Of a DNA stretch of 64,000 nt, positions 12,901-25,100 are shown piece by piece (position 1 is the stretch's first letter; each line of letters begins with the position of its first letter). Source of the stretch: Eledone cirrhosa (lineage: Eukaryota); NCBI GenBank assembly GCA_964016885.1, contig OZ024743.1:143282001-143346000 (forward strand), read 5' to 3'. Made by a program: the position numbers and the translations under genes. The notes under the pieces are model-generated. The model saw only the letters and a program-made list of their open reading frames with translations, made no database searches and had not been told where the DNA came from.

Positions 12901-14039
12901 GTTTGGTGCTTGGTGCTTGGTGTTTTGTGTTTTGTGTTTGGTGTTTGGTTTTTGGTGCTTGGTGCTTGGTCCTTGGTGTTTGGTGCTGGGTGCTTTGTGT
13001 TTGGTGCTTGGTGCTTGGTGCTTGGTGTTTGCTGCTTGGTGTTTGATGCTTGGTGCTTGGTGCTTGGTGTTTTGTGTTTGGTGCATGGTTCTTGGTGTTT
13101 GGTGCTTGGTGCTTGGTGCTTGGTGTTTGTACTTGGTGCTTGGTGCTTGGTTCTTGGTTCTTGGTGTTTGGTACTTGGTGCTTGGTGCTTGGTGCTTGAT
13201 GTTTGGTGTTTGGTGCTTGGTGTTTGGTGCTTGGTGCTTGGTGCTTGGTGTTTTGTGTTTGGTGCTTGGTTCTTGGTGTTTGGTGCTTGGTGCTTGGTGC
13301 TTGGTGTTTGTACTTGATGCTTGGTGCTTGGTGTTTGGTTCTTGGTTCTTGGTGTTTGGTACTTGGTGCTTGGTGTTTGGTGTTTGCTGTTTGGTGTTTG
13401 GTGTTTGCTGTTTGCTGTTTGCTGTTTGGTGTCTGCTTTTTGGTGTTTAGTGTTTGCTCTATGGTGTTTGGTGTTTGGTGCATGGTATTTGGTGTTTGGT
13501 CTTTGGTGCTTGGTGTTTGGTGCTTGGTGCTTGGTGTTTGGTGTTTGGTGCTTGGTGCTTGGTGTTTGGTGCTTGGTGTTTGGTGTTTGGTGCTTGGTGT
13601 CTGGTGCTTGGTGTTTGGTGTTTGGTGCTTGGTGTTTGGTGTTTGGTGCTTGGTGTTTGGTGCTTGGTGCTTGGTGTTTGGTGTTTGGTGCTTGGTGTCT
13701 GGTGCTTGGTGTTTGGTGCTTGGTGTTTGGTGTTTGGTGTTTTGTGCTTGGTGCTTGGTGCTTGGTGTTTGGTGTTTGGTGTTTGGTGCTTGGTGCTTGG
13801 TGTTTGGTGCTGAGTGGTTGGTGTTTGGTGCTTGGTGTTTGGTGCTGGGTGCTTGGTGTTTGGTGCTGGGTGCTTGGTGTTTGGTGCTTGGTGCTTGGTC
13901 TTTGGTGCTTGGTGTTTGGTGCTTGGTGCTTGGTGCTTGGTGTTTGGTGCTTGGTGCTTGGTGCTTGGTGTTTGGTGCTTGGTGCTTGGTGCTTAGTGTT
14001 TGGTGCTAGGTGCTTGGTGTTTGGTGCTTGGTGCTTGGT

Positions 14040-16500
14040 GCTTGGTGCTTGGTGTTTGGTGTTTGGTGTTTGGTGCTTGGTGCTTGGTGTTTGCTGTTTG
14101 CTGTTTGGTGTTTGTTTTTTGTTGTTTGGTGTTTGCTGTTTGGTGTTTGGTGCTTGCTTTTTGGTGTTTGGTGTTTGCTGTATGTTGTTTGCTGTTTGGT
14201 GTTTGGTGTTTGGTGTTTGGTGCTTGGTGTTTGGTGCTGGGTGCTTGGTGTTTGGTGCCTGGTGCTTGGTGCTTGGTGCTTGGTGTTTGGTGCTTGGTGC
14301 TTGGTGCTTGGTGTTTGGTGCTTGGTGCTTGGTGTTTTGTGTTTCGTGTTTGGTTTTTGGTGCTTGGTGCTTGGTGCTTGGTCCTTGGTGTTTGGTGCTG
14401 GGTGCTTTGTGTTTGGTGCTTGTTGCTTGGTGCTTGGTGTTTGGTGTTTGCTGCTTGGTGTTTGAGGCTTGGTGCTTGGTGCTTGGTGTTTTCTGTTTGG
14501 TGCTTGGTGTTTGGTGCTTGGTGCTTGGTGCTTGGTGTTTGTACTTGGTGCTTGGTGCTTGGTGTTTGGTTCTTGGTTCTTGGTGTTTGGTGTCTGGCGT
14601 TTGGTGCTTGGTGCTTGGTGCTTGGTGTTAGGTATTTGGTGCTTGGTGCTTGGTGTTTGGTGCTTGGTGTTTGGTGTTTGGTGTTTGGTGTTTGGTGTTT
14701 GCTGTTTGGTGTCTGCTTTTTGGTGTTTAGTGTTTGCTGTATGGTGTTTGCTGTTTCGTGTTTGGTGTTTTCTGTTTGGTGTTTGGTGTTTGCTGTTTGG
14801 TGTTTGGTCTTTGGTGCTTGGTGTTTGGTGCTTGGTGCTTGTTGTTTGGTGTTTGGTGCTTGGTGGTTGGTGTTTGGTGTTTGGTGCTTGGTGCTTGGTG
14901 TTTGGTGTTTGGTGTTTGCTGCTTGGTGTCTGGTGCTTGGTGTTTGGTGTTTGGTGCTTGATGCTTGGTGTTTGGTGTTTGGTGCTTGTTGCTTGGTGCT
15001 TGATGTTTGGTGCTTGGTGCTTGGTGTTTCGTGCTGGGTGCTTGGTGCATGGTATTTGGTGTTTGGTGTTTGGTGCTTGGTGTTTGGTGTTTGGTGTTAT
15101 ATGCTTGGTGTTTGAGTCTTGGTGCTTGGTGCTTGGTGTTTGGTGTTTGGTGCTTGGTGTTTGATGCTTGGTGCTTGGTGCTTGGTGTTTGGTGCTTGAT
15201 GTTTGTACTTGGTGCTTGGTGCTTGGTTCTTGGTGTTTGGTGCTTGGTGTTTGGTGCTTGGTGCTTGGTGTTTGGTGCTTGGTGCTTGGTGTTTGGTGTT
15301 TGGTGTTTGGTGCTTGGTGCTTGGTGTTTGCTGTTTGCTGTTTGGTGTTTGTTGTTTGTTGTTTGGTGTTTGCTGTTTGGTGTTTGGTGTTTGCTTTTTG
15401 GTGTTTGGTGTTTGCTGTATGTTGTTTGCTGTTTGGTGTTTGGTGTTTGGTGTTTGGTGTTTGGTGCTTGGTGTTTGGTGCTTGGTGCTTGGTGTTTGGT
15501 GCCTGGTGCTTGGTACTTGGTGCTTGGTGTTTGGTGCTTGGTGCTTGGTGCTTGGTGTTTGGTGCTTGGTGCTTGGTGTTTTGTGTTTCGTCTTTGGTTT
15601 TTGGTGCTTGGTGCTTGGTGCTTGGTCCTTGGTGTTTGGTGCTGGGTGCTTTGTGTTTGGTGCTTGTTGCTTGGTGCTTGGTGTTTGGTGTTTGCTGCTT
15701 GGTGTTTGAGGCTTGGTGCTTGGTGCTTGGTGTTTTCTGTTTGGTGCTTGGTGCTTGGTGTTTGGTGCTTGGTGCTTGGTGTTTGTACTTGGTGCTTGGT
15801 GCTTGGTGTTTGGTTCTTGGTTCTTGGTGTTTGGTGTTTGGCGTTTGGTGTTTGGTGCTTGGTGCTTGGTGCTTGGTGTTAGGTATTTGGTGTTTGGTGC
15901 TTGGTGTTTGGTGCTTGGTGTTTGGTGTTTGGTGTTTGGTGTTTGGTGTTTGCTGTTTGGTGTCTGCTTTTTGGTGTTTAGTGTTTGCTGTATGGTGTTT
16001 GCTGTTTGGTGTTTGGTGTTTGCTGTTTGGTGTTTGGTGTTTGCTGTTTGGTGTTTGGTCTTTGGTGCTTGGTGTTTGATGCTTGGTGCTTGGTGTTTGG
16101 TGTTTGGTGCTTGGTGCTTGGTGTTTGGTGTTTGGTGCTTGGTGTTTGGTGTTTGGTGTTTGCTGCTTGGTGTCTGGTGCTTGGTGTTTGGTGTTTGGTG
16201 CTTGGTGCTTGGTGTTTGGTGTTTGGTGCTTGGTGTTTGGTGTTTGGTGCTTGTTGCTTGGTGCTTGATGTTTGGTGCTTGATGCTTGGTGTTTGGTGCT
16301 GGGTGCTTGGTGCATGGTATTTGGTGTTTGGTGTTTGGTGCTTGGTGTTTGGTGTTTGGTGTTATATGCTTGGTGTTTGAGTCTTGGTGCTTGGTGCTTG
16401 GTGTTTAGTGTTTCGTGCTTGGTGTTTGATGCTTGGTGCTTGGTGCTTGGTGTTTGGTGCTTGATGTTTGTACTTGGTGCTTGGTGCTTAGTTCTTGGTG
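14040..16500 (+). repeat. ~1.26-kb partial-HOR tandem duplication, also present at ~46630-49020
   Basis: The beta tract, TTGAGGC, alpha tract and TTGAGTC occur twice in succession. Offsets are 1251-1265 (14734/15985, 15115/16380), and 1257 in the distant copy (47287/48544). Confidence 0.8.
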
Positions 16501-17799
16501 TTTGGTGCTTGGTGTTTGGTGCTTGGTGCTTGGTGTTTGGTGTTTGGTGCTTGGTGCTTGGTGCTTGGTGTTTGGTGCTTGGTGTTTGGTGCTTGGTGTT
16601 AGGTGTTTGGTGCTTGGTGTTTGGTGCTTGGTGCTTGGTGTTTGGTGCTTGGTGTTTGGTGCTTGGTGTTAGGTGTTTGGTGCTTTGTGCTTGGTGTTTG
16701 ATTTTTGGTGCTTGGTGCTTGGTGTTTGGTGTTTGGTGCTTGCTACTGGCTGCTTGGTGTTTGGTTCTTGGTGATTGGTGCTTGGTGTTTGGTGCTTGGT
16801 GTTTGGTGTTTGGTGCTAGGTGCTTGGTCTTTGGTGCTTGGTGTTTGTACTTGGTGCTTGGTCCTTGGTTCTTGGTGTTTGGTGCTTGGTGCTTGGTGTT
16901 TGGTGCTTGGTGTTTGGTGCTTGGTGTTTGGTGCTTGGTGTTTGGTGTTTGGTGCTTGGTGTTTGGTGCTTGGTGCTTGGTGCTTGGTGTTTGGTGCCTG
17001 GTGCTTGGTGCTTGGTGTTTGGTGTTTGGTGCTTGGTGCTTGGTGCTTGAAGTTTGGTGTTTGGTGCTTGGTGCTTGGTGCTTGGTCCTTGGTCTTTGGT
17101 GCTTGGTGTTTGGTGCTTGGTGTTTGGTGCTTGGTGCTTGGTGCTTGGTGCTTGGTGTTTGGTGCTTGGTGTTTGGTGCTTGGTGCTTGGTGTTTGGTGT
17201 TTGGTGCTTGGTGTTTGGTGCTTGGTACTTGGTGTTTGGTGCCTGGTGCTTGGTGCTTGGTGCTTGGTGTTTGGTGTTTGGTGCTTGGTGCTTGGTGCTT
17301 GGAGTTTGGTGTTTGGTGCTTGGTGCTTGGTGTTTTGTGTTTGGTGTTTTGTGTTTGGTGTTTGGTTTTTGGTGCTTGGTGCTTGGTCCTTGGTGTTTGG
17401 TGCTGGGTGCTTTGTGTTTGGTGCTTGGCGCTTGGTGTTTGGTGTTTGCTGCTTGGTGTTTGATGCTTGGTGCTTGGTGCTTGGTGTTTTGTGTTTGGTG
17501 CATGGTTCTTGGTGTTTGGTGCTTGGTGCTTGGTGCTTGGTGTTTGTACTTGGTGCTTGGTGCTTGGTTCTTGGTTCTTGGTGTTTGGTACTTGGTGCTT
17601 GGTGCTTGGTGCTTGATGTTTGGTGTTTGGTGCTTGGTGTTTGGTGCTTGGTGCTTGGTGCTTGGTGTTTTGTGTTTGGTGCTTGGTTCTTGGTGTTTGG
17701 TGCTTGGTGCTTGGTGCTTGGTGTTTGTACTTGATGCTTGGTGCTTGGTGTTTGGTTCTTGGTTCTTGGTGTTTGGTACTTGGTGCTTGGTGTTTGGTG

Positions 17800-18500
17800 T
17801 TTGCTGTTTGGTGTTTGGTGTTTGGTGTTTGCTGTTTGCTGTTTGGTGTCTGCTTTTTGGTGTTTAGTGTTTGCTGTATGGTGTTTGCTGTTTCGTGTTT
17901 GGTGTTTGCTGTTTCGTGTTTGGTGTTTGCTGTTTGGTGTTTGGTCTTTGGTGCTTGGTGTTTGGTGCTTGGTGCTTGGTGTTTGGTGTTTGGTGCTTGG
18001 TGCTTGGTGTTTGGTGTTTGGTGCTTGGTGCTTGGTGTTTGGTGTTTGGTGTTTGCTGCTTGGTGTCTGGTGCTTGGTGTTTGGTGTTTGGTGCTTGATG
18101 CTTGGTGTTTGGTGTTTGGTCTTTGGTGCTTGGTGTTTGGTGCTTGGTGCTTGGTGTTTGGTGTTTGGTGCTTGGTGCTTGGTGTTAGGTGCTTGGTGTT
18201 TGGTGTTTGGTGTTTGGTGTTTGGTGTTTGCTGTTTGGTGTCTGCTTTTTGGTGTTTAGTGTTTGCTGTATGGTGTTTGCTGTTTCGTGTTTGGTGTTTG
18301 CTGTTTCGTGTTTGGTGTTTGCTGTTTGGTGTTTGGTGCTTGGTGTTTGGTGCTTGGTGCTTGGTGTTTGGTGTTTGGTGCTTGGTGCTTGGTGTTTGGT
18401 GTTTGGTGCTTGGTGCTTGGTGTTTGGTGTTTGGTGTTTGCTGCTTGGTGTCTGGTGCTTGGTGTTTGGTGTTTGGTGTTTGGTGCTTGATGCTTGGTGT
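17800..18500 (+). repeat. 392-bp (56-monomer) local duplication of the alpha T-rich tract
   Basis: MLYGVCCFVFGVCCF ORFs start at 17871 and 18263. Both carry a doubled TTGCTGT-TTCGTGT motif that I did not see elsewhere. Confidence 0.8.
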
Positions 18501-19170
18501 TTGGTGTTTGGTGCTTGGTGTTTGGTGTTTGGTGCTTGTTGCTTGGTGCTTGATGTTTGGTGCTTGGTGCTTGGTGTTTCGTTCTGGGTGCTTGGTGCAT
18601 GGTATTTGGTGTTTGGTGTTTGGTGCTTGGTGTTTGGTGTTTGGTGTTATATGCTTGGTGTTTGAGTCTTGGTGCTTGGTGCTTGGTGTTTGGTGTTTGG
18701 TGCTTGGTGTTTGATGCTTGGTGCTTGGTGCTTGGTGTTTGGTGCTTGATGTTTGTACTTGGTGCTTGGTGCTTGGTTCTTGGTGTTTGGTGCTTGGTGT
18801 TTGGTGCTTGGTGCTTGGTGTTTGGTGTTTGGTGCTTGGTGCTTGGTGCTTGGTGCTTGGTGTTTGGTGCTTGGTGTTTGGTGCTTGGTGTTAGGTGTTT
18901 GGTGCTTGGTGTTTGGTGCTTGGTGCTTGGTGTTTGGTGCTTGGTGTTTGGTGCTTGGTGTTAGGTGTTTGGTGCTTGGTGCTTGGTGTTTGGTTTTTGG
19001 TGCTTGGTGCTTGGTGTTTGGTGTCTGGTCCTTGCTGCTGGCTGCTTGGTGTTTGGTTCTTGGTGATTGGTGCTTGGTGTTTGGTGCTTGGTGTTTGGTG
19101 TTTGGTGCTAGGTGCTTGGTGTTTGGTGCTTGGTGCTTGGTGTTTGTACTTGGTGCTTGGTCCTTGGTTC

Positions 19171-22100
19171 TTGGTGGTTGGTGCTTGGTGCTTGGTGTTT
19201 GGTGTTTGGTGCTTGGTGTTTGGTGCTTGGTGTTAGGTGTTTGGTGCTTGGTGCTTGGTGTTTGGTGCTTGGTGTTTGGTGCTTGGTGCTTGGTCCTTGG
19301 TTCTTGGTGTTTGGTGTTTGGTTTTTGGTGCTTGGTGCTTGGTGTTTGGTGTTTGGTCCTTGCTGCTGGCTGCTTGGTGTTTGGTTCTTGGTGCTTGGTG
19401 TTTGGTGTTTGGTGCTTGGTGTTTGGTGCTTGGTGTTTGGTGCTTGGTGTTTGGTGCTTGGTGCTTGGTGTTTGGTGCTTGGTGCTTGGTGTTTGGTGCC
19501 TGGTGCTTGGTGCTTGGTGTTTGGTGTTTGGTGCTTGGTGCTTGAAGTTTGGTGTTTGGTGCTTGGTGCTTGGTGCTTGGTCCTTGGTCTTTGGTGCTTG
19601 GTGTTTGGTGCTTGGTGTTTGGTGCTTGGTGCTTGGTGCTTGGTGCTTGGTGTTTGGTGCTTGGTGCTTGGTGTTTGGTGTTTGGTGCTTGGTGTTTGGT
19701 GCTTGGTACTTGGTGCTTGGTGTTAGATATTTGGTGCTTGGTGCTTGGTGTTTGGTTTTTGGTGCTTGGTGCTTGGTGTTTGGTGTTTGGTGCTTGCTGC
19801 TGGCTGCTTGGTGTTTGGTGCTTGGTGATTGGTGCTTGGTGTTTGGTGCTTGGTGTTTGGTGCTTGGTGCTAGGTGCTTGGTGTTTGGTGCTTGGTGCTT
19901 GGTGTTTGGTGTTTGGTGTTTGGTGCTTGGTGCTTGATGTTTGGTGCTTGGTGCTGGGTGGTTGGTGTTTGGTGCTTGGTGTTTGGTGCTGGGTGCTTGG
20001 TGTTTGGTGCTTGGTGCTTGGTCTTTGGTGCTTGGTGTTTGGTGTTTGGTGCTTGGTGCTTCGTGTTTGGTGCTTGGTGTTTGGTGCTTGGTGCTTGGTG
20101 CTTAGTGTTTGGTGCTAGGTGCTTGGGGTTTGGTGTTTGGTGCTTGGTGCTTGGTGTTTGGTGTTTGGTGCTTGGTGCTTGGTGTTTGGTGTTTGCTGTT
20201 TGCTGTTTGGTGTTTGTTGTTTGGTGTTTGTTGTTTGCTGTTTGGTGTTAGGTGTTTGATGTTTGCTGTTTGGTGTCTGCTTTTTGGTGTTTGGTGTTTG
20301 CTGTATGTTGTTTGCTGTTTGGTGTTTGGTGTTTGGTGCTTGGTGCTTGGTGTTTGGTGCTTGGTGCTTGGTGTTTGGTGCCTGGTGCTTGGTGCTTGGT
20401 GTTTGGTGTTTGGTGTTTGGTGCTTGGAGTTTGGTGTTTGGTGCTTGGTGCTTGGTGTTTTGTGTTTGGTGTTTGGTTTTGGTGCTTGGTGCTTGGTGCT
20501 TGGTCCTTGGTGTTTGGTGCTGGGTGCTTTGTGTTTTGTGCTTGGTGCTTGGTGCTTGGTGTTTGGTGTTTGCTGCTTGGTGTTTGATGCTTGGTGCTTG
20601 GTGCTTGGTGTTTTGTGTTTGGTGCTTGGTGCTTGGTGTTTGGTGCTTGGTGCTTGGTGCTTGGTGTTTGTACTTGGTGCTTGGTGCTTGGTGTTTGGTT
20701 CTTGGTGTTTCGTACTTGGTGCTTGGTGTTTGGTGCTTGGTGCTTGGTGCTTGGTGTTAGGTGTTTGGTGCTTGGTGCTTGGTGTTTGGTGCTTCATGCT
20801 TGGTGCTTGGTGTTTGGTGCTTGGTTTTTGGAGCTTAGTTTCTGGTGCTTGGTGTTTGGTGCTTGGTGCTTGGTGTTTGGTGCTTGGTGTTAGGTGTTTG
20901 GTGCTTGGTGTTTGATCCTTGGTGCTTGGTGTTTGGTGTTTGGTGCTTGGTGTTTGGTGTTTGGTGCTTGCTGCTTGGTGTTTGGTGTTTTGGTGTTTTG
21001 TGCTAGGTGCTTGGTGTTTGGTACTTGGTGATTGGTGCTTGGTGCTTCGTGTTTTGTGTTTGGTGTTTGGTCTTTGGTGCTTGGTGTTTGGTGCTTGGTG
21101 CTTGGTGCTTGGTGTTTGGTGTTTGGTGCTTGGTGCTTGGTGTTTGGTGTTTGTTGTTTGGTGCTTGGTGTCTGGTGCTTGGTGTTTGGTGCTTGGTGTT
21201 TGGTGTTCGGTGTTTGGTGCTTATTGCTTGGTGCTTGGTGTTTGGTGCTTGGTGCTTGGTGTTTGGTGCTGGGTGCTTGGTGCTTGGTGTTTGGTGTTTG
21301 GTGCTTGGTGCTTGGTGCTTGGTGATTGGTGTTTGGTGTTATATGCTTGGTGTTTGATGCTTGGTGCTTGGTGTTTGGTCTTTGGTGTTTGATGCTTGGT
21401 GCTTGGTGCTTTGTGTTTGGTGCTTGGTGCTTGGTGTTTGTACTTGGTGCTTGGTGCTTGGTGCTTGGTGTTTGGTGCTTGGTGCCTGGTGCTTGGTGTT
21501 TGGTGCTTGGTGTTTGGTGTTTGGTGTTTGGTGCTTGGTGTTTGGTGTTTGGTGCTTGGTGTTTGGTGTTTGGTGCCTGGTGCTTGGTGCTTGGTGTTTG
21601 GTGTTTGGTGCTTGGTGCTTGAAGTTTGGTGTTTGGTGCTTGGTGCTTGGTGCTTGGTCCTTGGTCTTTGGTGCTTGGTGTTTGGTGCTTGGTGTTTGGT
21701 GCTTGGTGCTTGGTGCTTGGTGTTTGGTGCTTGGTGCTTGGTGTTTGGTGTTTGGTGCTTGGTGTTTGGTGCTTGGTACTTGGTGCTTGGTGCTTGGTGT
21801 TAGATGTTTGGTGCTTGGTGCTTGGTGTCTGGTTTTTGGTGCTTGGTGCTTGGTGTTTGTTGTTTGGTGCTTGCTGCTGGCTGCTTGGTGTTTGGTGCTT
21901 GGTGATTGGTGCTAGGTGTTTGGTGCTAGGAGCTTGGTGTTTGGTGCTTGGTGCTTGGTGTTTGTACTTGGTGCTTGGTGTTTGGTGCTTGGTGCTTGGT
22001 GTTTGGTGTTTGGTGTTTGGTGCTTGGTGTTTGGTGCTTGGTACTTGGTGCTTGGTGCTTGGTGTTAGGTGTTTGGTGCTTGGTGCTTGGTGTTTGGTTT

Positions 22101-25100
22101 TTGGTGCTTGGTGTTTGGTGTTTGGTGCTGGCTGCTTGGTGTTTGATGCTTGGTGATTGGTGCTTGGTGTTTGGTGCTTGGTGTTTGGTGTTTGGTGCTA
22201 GGTGCTTGGTGCTTGGTGTTTGGTGCTTAGTGCTTGGTGTTTGGTGCTTGGTGCTTGGTGCTTGGTGCTTGGTGTTTGGTGGTTGGTGTTTCGTGCTTGG
22301 TGTTAGGTGTTTCGTGCTTGGTGGTTGGTGTTTGGTGCTTGGTGTTAGGTGTTAGGTGCTTGGTGCTTGGTGTTTGGTGTTTGGTGCTTGGTGTTTTGTG
22401 TTTGGTGTTTGGTGCTTGGTGCTTGGTGGTTGGTGCTTGCTGCTTGGTGTTTGGTGGTTGGTGTTTGGTACTTGGTGTTAGGTGTTTGGTGCTTGGTGTT
22501 TGGTCTTTTGGTGTTTTGTGCTAGGTGCTTGGTGCTTGGTGTTTGGTGTTTGTTGTTTGGTGCTTGGTGTCTGGTGCTTGGTGTTTGGTGCTTGGTGTTT
22601 GGTGTTTGGTGCTTGGTGCTTGGTCTTTGGTGCTTGGTGTTTGGTGCTTGGTGCTTGGTGCTTGGTGTTTGGTGTTTGGTGCTTGGTGCTTGGTGTTTGG
22701 TGTTTGTTGTTTGGTGCTTGGTGTCTGGTGCTTGGTGTTTGGTGCTTGGTGTTTGGTGTTCGGTGTTTGGTGCTTTTTGCTTGGTGCTTGGTGCTTGGTG
22801 CTTGGTGTTTGGTGCTTGGTGCTTGGTGTTTGGTGCTGGGTGCTTGGTGCTTGGTGTTTGGTGTTTGGTGCTTGGTGCTTGGTGATTGGTGTTTGGTGTT
22901 ATATGCTTGGTGTTTGATGCTTGGTGCTTGGTGCTTGGTGTTTGGTCTTTGGTGTTTGATGCTTGGTGCTTGGTGCTTGGTGTTTGGTGCTTGGTGCTTG
23001 GTGTTTGTACTTGGTACTTGGTGCTTGGTGCTTGGTGTTTGGTGCTTGGTGTTTGGTGCTTGGTGCTTGGTGTTTGGTGGTTGGTGTTTGGTGCTTGGTG
23101 TTAGGTGTTTGGTGCTTGGTGCTTGGTGTTTGGTGTTTGGTGCTTGGTGTTTGGTGTTTGGTGCTTGGTGTTTGGTGCTTGGTACTTGGTGCTTGGTGCT
23201 TGGTGTTAGGTGTTTGGTGCTTGGTGCTTGGTGCTTGGTGTTTGGTGCTTGGTGTTTGGTGCTTGGTGTATGTTGCTTGGTGCTTGGTGCTTGGTGCTTG
23301 GTGTTTGGTGGTTGGTGTTTGGTGCTTGGTGTTAGGTGTTTGGTGCTTGGTGCTTGGTGTTTGGTGTTTGGTGCTTGGTGTTTGGTGTTTGGTGCTTGGT
23401 GTTTGGTGCTTTTTGCTTGGTGCTTGGTGTTTGATGCTTGGTGCTTGGTGTTTGGTGCTGGGTGCTTGGTGCTTGGTGTTTGGTGTTTGGTGCTTGGTGT
23501 TTGGTGTTTGGTGTTATATGCTTGGTGTTTGATGCTTGGTGCTTGGTGCTTGTTGTTTGGTGTTTGGTGCTTGGTGTTTGATGCTTGGTGCTTGGTGCTT
23601 GGTGTTTGGTGCTTGGTGCTTGGTGTTTGGTGCTTGGTGCTTGGTGTTTGGTGCTTGGTGTTTGGTGCTTGGTGCTTGGTGCTTGGTGCTGGGTGTTTGG
23701 TGGTTGGTGCTTGGTGCTTGGTGTTAGGTGTTTGGTGCTTGGTGCTTGGTGTTTGGTGTTTGGTGCTTGGTGTTTGGTGCTTGGTACTTGGTGCTTGGTG
23801 TTCGGTGTTTGGTGCTTGGTGCTTGGTGTCTGGTTTTTGGTGCTTGGTGCTTGGTGTTTGGTGTTTGGTGCTTGCTGCTGGCTGCTTGGTGTTTGGTGCT
23901 TGGTGATTGGTGCTAGGTGTTTGGTGCTAGGTGCTTGGTGTTTGGTGCTTGGTTCTTGGTGTTTGTACTTGGTGCTTGGTGCTTGGTTCTTGGTGTTTGG
24001 TGCTTGGTGCTTGGTGTTTGGTGCTTGGTGCTTGGTGTTTGGTGTTTGGTGCTTGGTGTTTGGTGCTTGGTGCTTGGTGCTTGGTGTTTGGTGCTTGGTG
24101 TTTGGTGCTTGGTGTTAGGTGTTTGGTGCTTGGTGCTTGGTGTTTGGTGTTTGGTGCTTGGTGTTTGGTGTTTGGTGTTATAAGCTTGGTGTTTGATGCT
24201 TGGTGCTTGGTGCTTGGTGTTTGGTGCTTGGTATTTGATGCTTGGTGCTTGGTGCTTGGTGTTTGGTGCTTGGTGCTTGGTGTTTGTACTTGGTGCTTGG
24301 TGCTTGGTTCTTGGTGTTTGGTGCTTGGTGCTTGGTGTTTGGTGCTTGGTGTTTGGTGCTTGGTGTTTGGTGCTTGGTGCTTGGTGCTTGGTGCTTGGTG
24401 TTTGGTGCTTGGTGTTTGGTGCTTGGTGTTAGGTGTTAGTTGCTTGATGTTTGGTGTTTGGTGCTTGGTGTTTGGTCTTAGGTGTTTGGTGCTTGGTGTT
24501 TGGTGTTTGGTGCTTGGTGTTTGGTGCTTGGTGCTTGGTGTTTGGTGTTTGGTGCTTGGTGTTTGGTGCTTGGTACTTGGTGCTTGGTGCTTGGTGTTAG
24601 GTGTTTGGTGCTTGGTGCTTGGTGTTTGGTTTTTGGTGCTTGGTGTTTGGTGTTTGGTGCTGGCTGCTTCGTGTTTGATGCTTGGTGATTGGTGCTTGGT
24701 GTTTGGTGCTTGGTGTTTGGTGTTTGGTGCTAGGTGATTGGTGCTTGGTGTTTGGTGCTTGGTGCTTGGTGCTTGGTGTTTGGTGCTTGGTGTTTGGTGC
24801 TTGGTGCTTGGTGTTTGGTGTTTGGTGCTTGGTGCTTGGTGCTTGGTGCTTGGTGTTTGGTGCTTGGAGTTTGGTGCTTGGTGTTAGGTGTTTGGTGCTT
24901 GGTGTTTGGTGCTTGGTGCTTGGTGTTTGGTGCTTGGTGTTTGGTGCTTGGTGTTAGGTGTTTGGTGCCTGGTGCTTGGTGTTTGGTTTTTGGTGCTTGG
25001 TGCTTGGTGTTTGGTGTTTGGTCCTTGCTGCTGGCTGCTTGGTGTTTGGTTCTTGGTGATTGGTGCTTGGTGTTTGGTGCTTGGTGTTTGGTGTTTGGTG

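Larger units (their letters stand above)
1..19170 (+). repeat. A-type HOR domain 1 (full unit ~3.2-3.3 kb, several deleted or duplicated copies)
   Basis: The ordered markers GCATGGTAT..GTTATATGC..TTGAGTC recur. CYMLGV ORF ends at 314, 3487, 6241, 8650, 11942, 15115, 16380 and 18665 give spacings of 3173, 2754, 2409, 3292, 3173, 1265 and 2285. TGAGTGG occurs at ~2092, 4993, 7347, 10610 and 13811. Confidence 0.85.

Noticed and set aside
19950-19965. Chi-like sequence GCTGGGTGG
   Set aside because: It is not the E. coli Chi octamer GCTGGTGG, and near-matches are expected in G/T-rich repeats.
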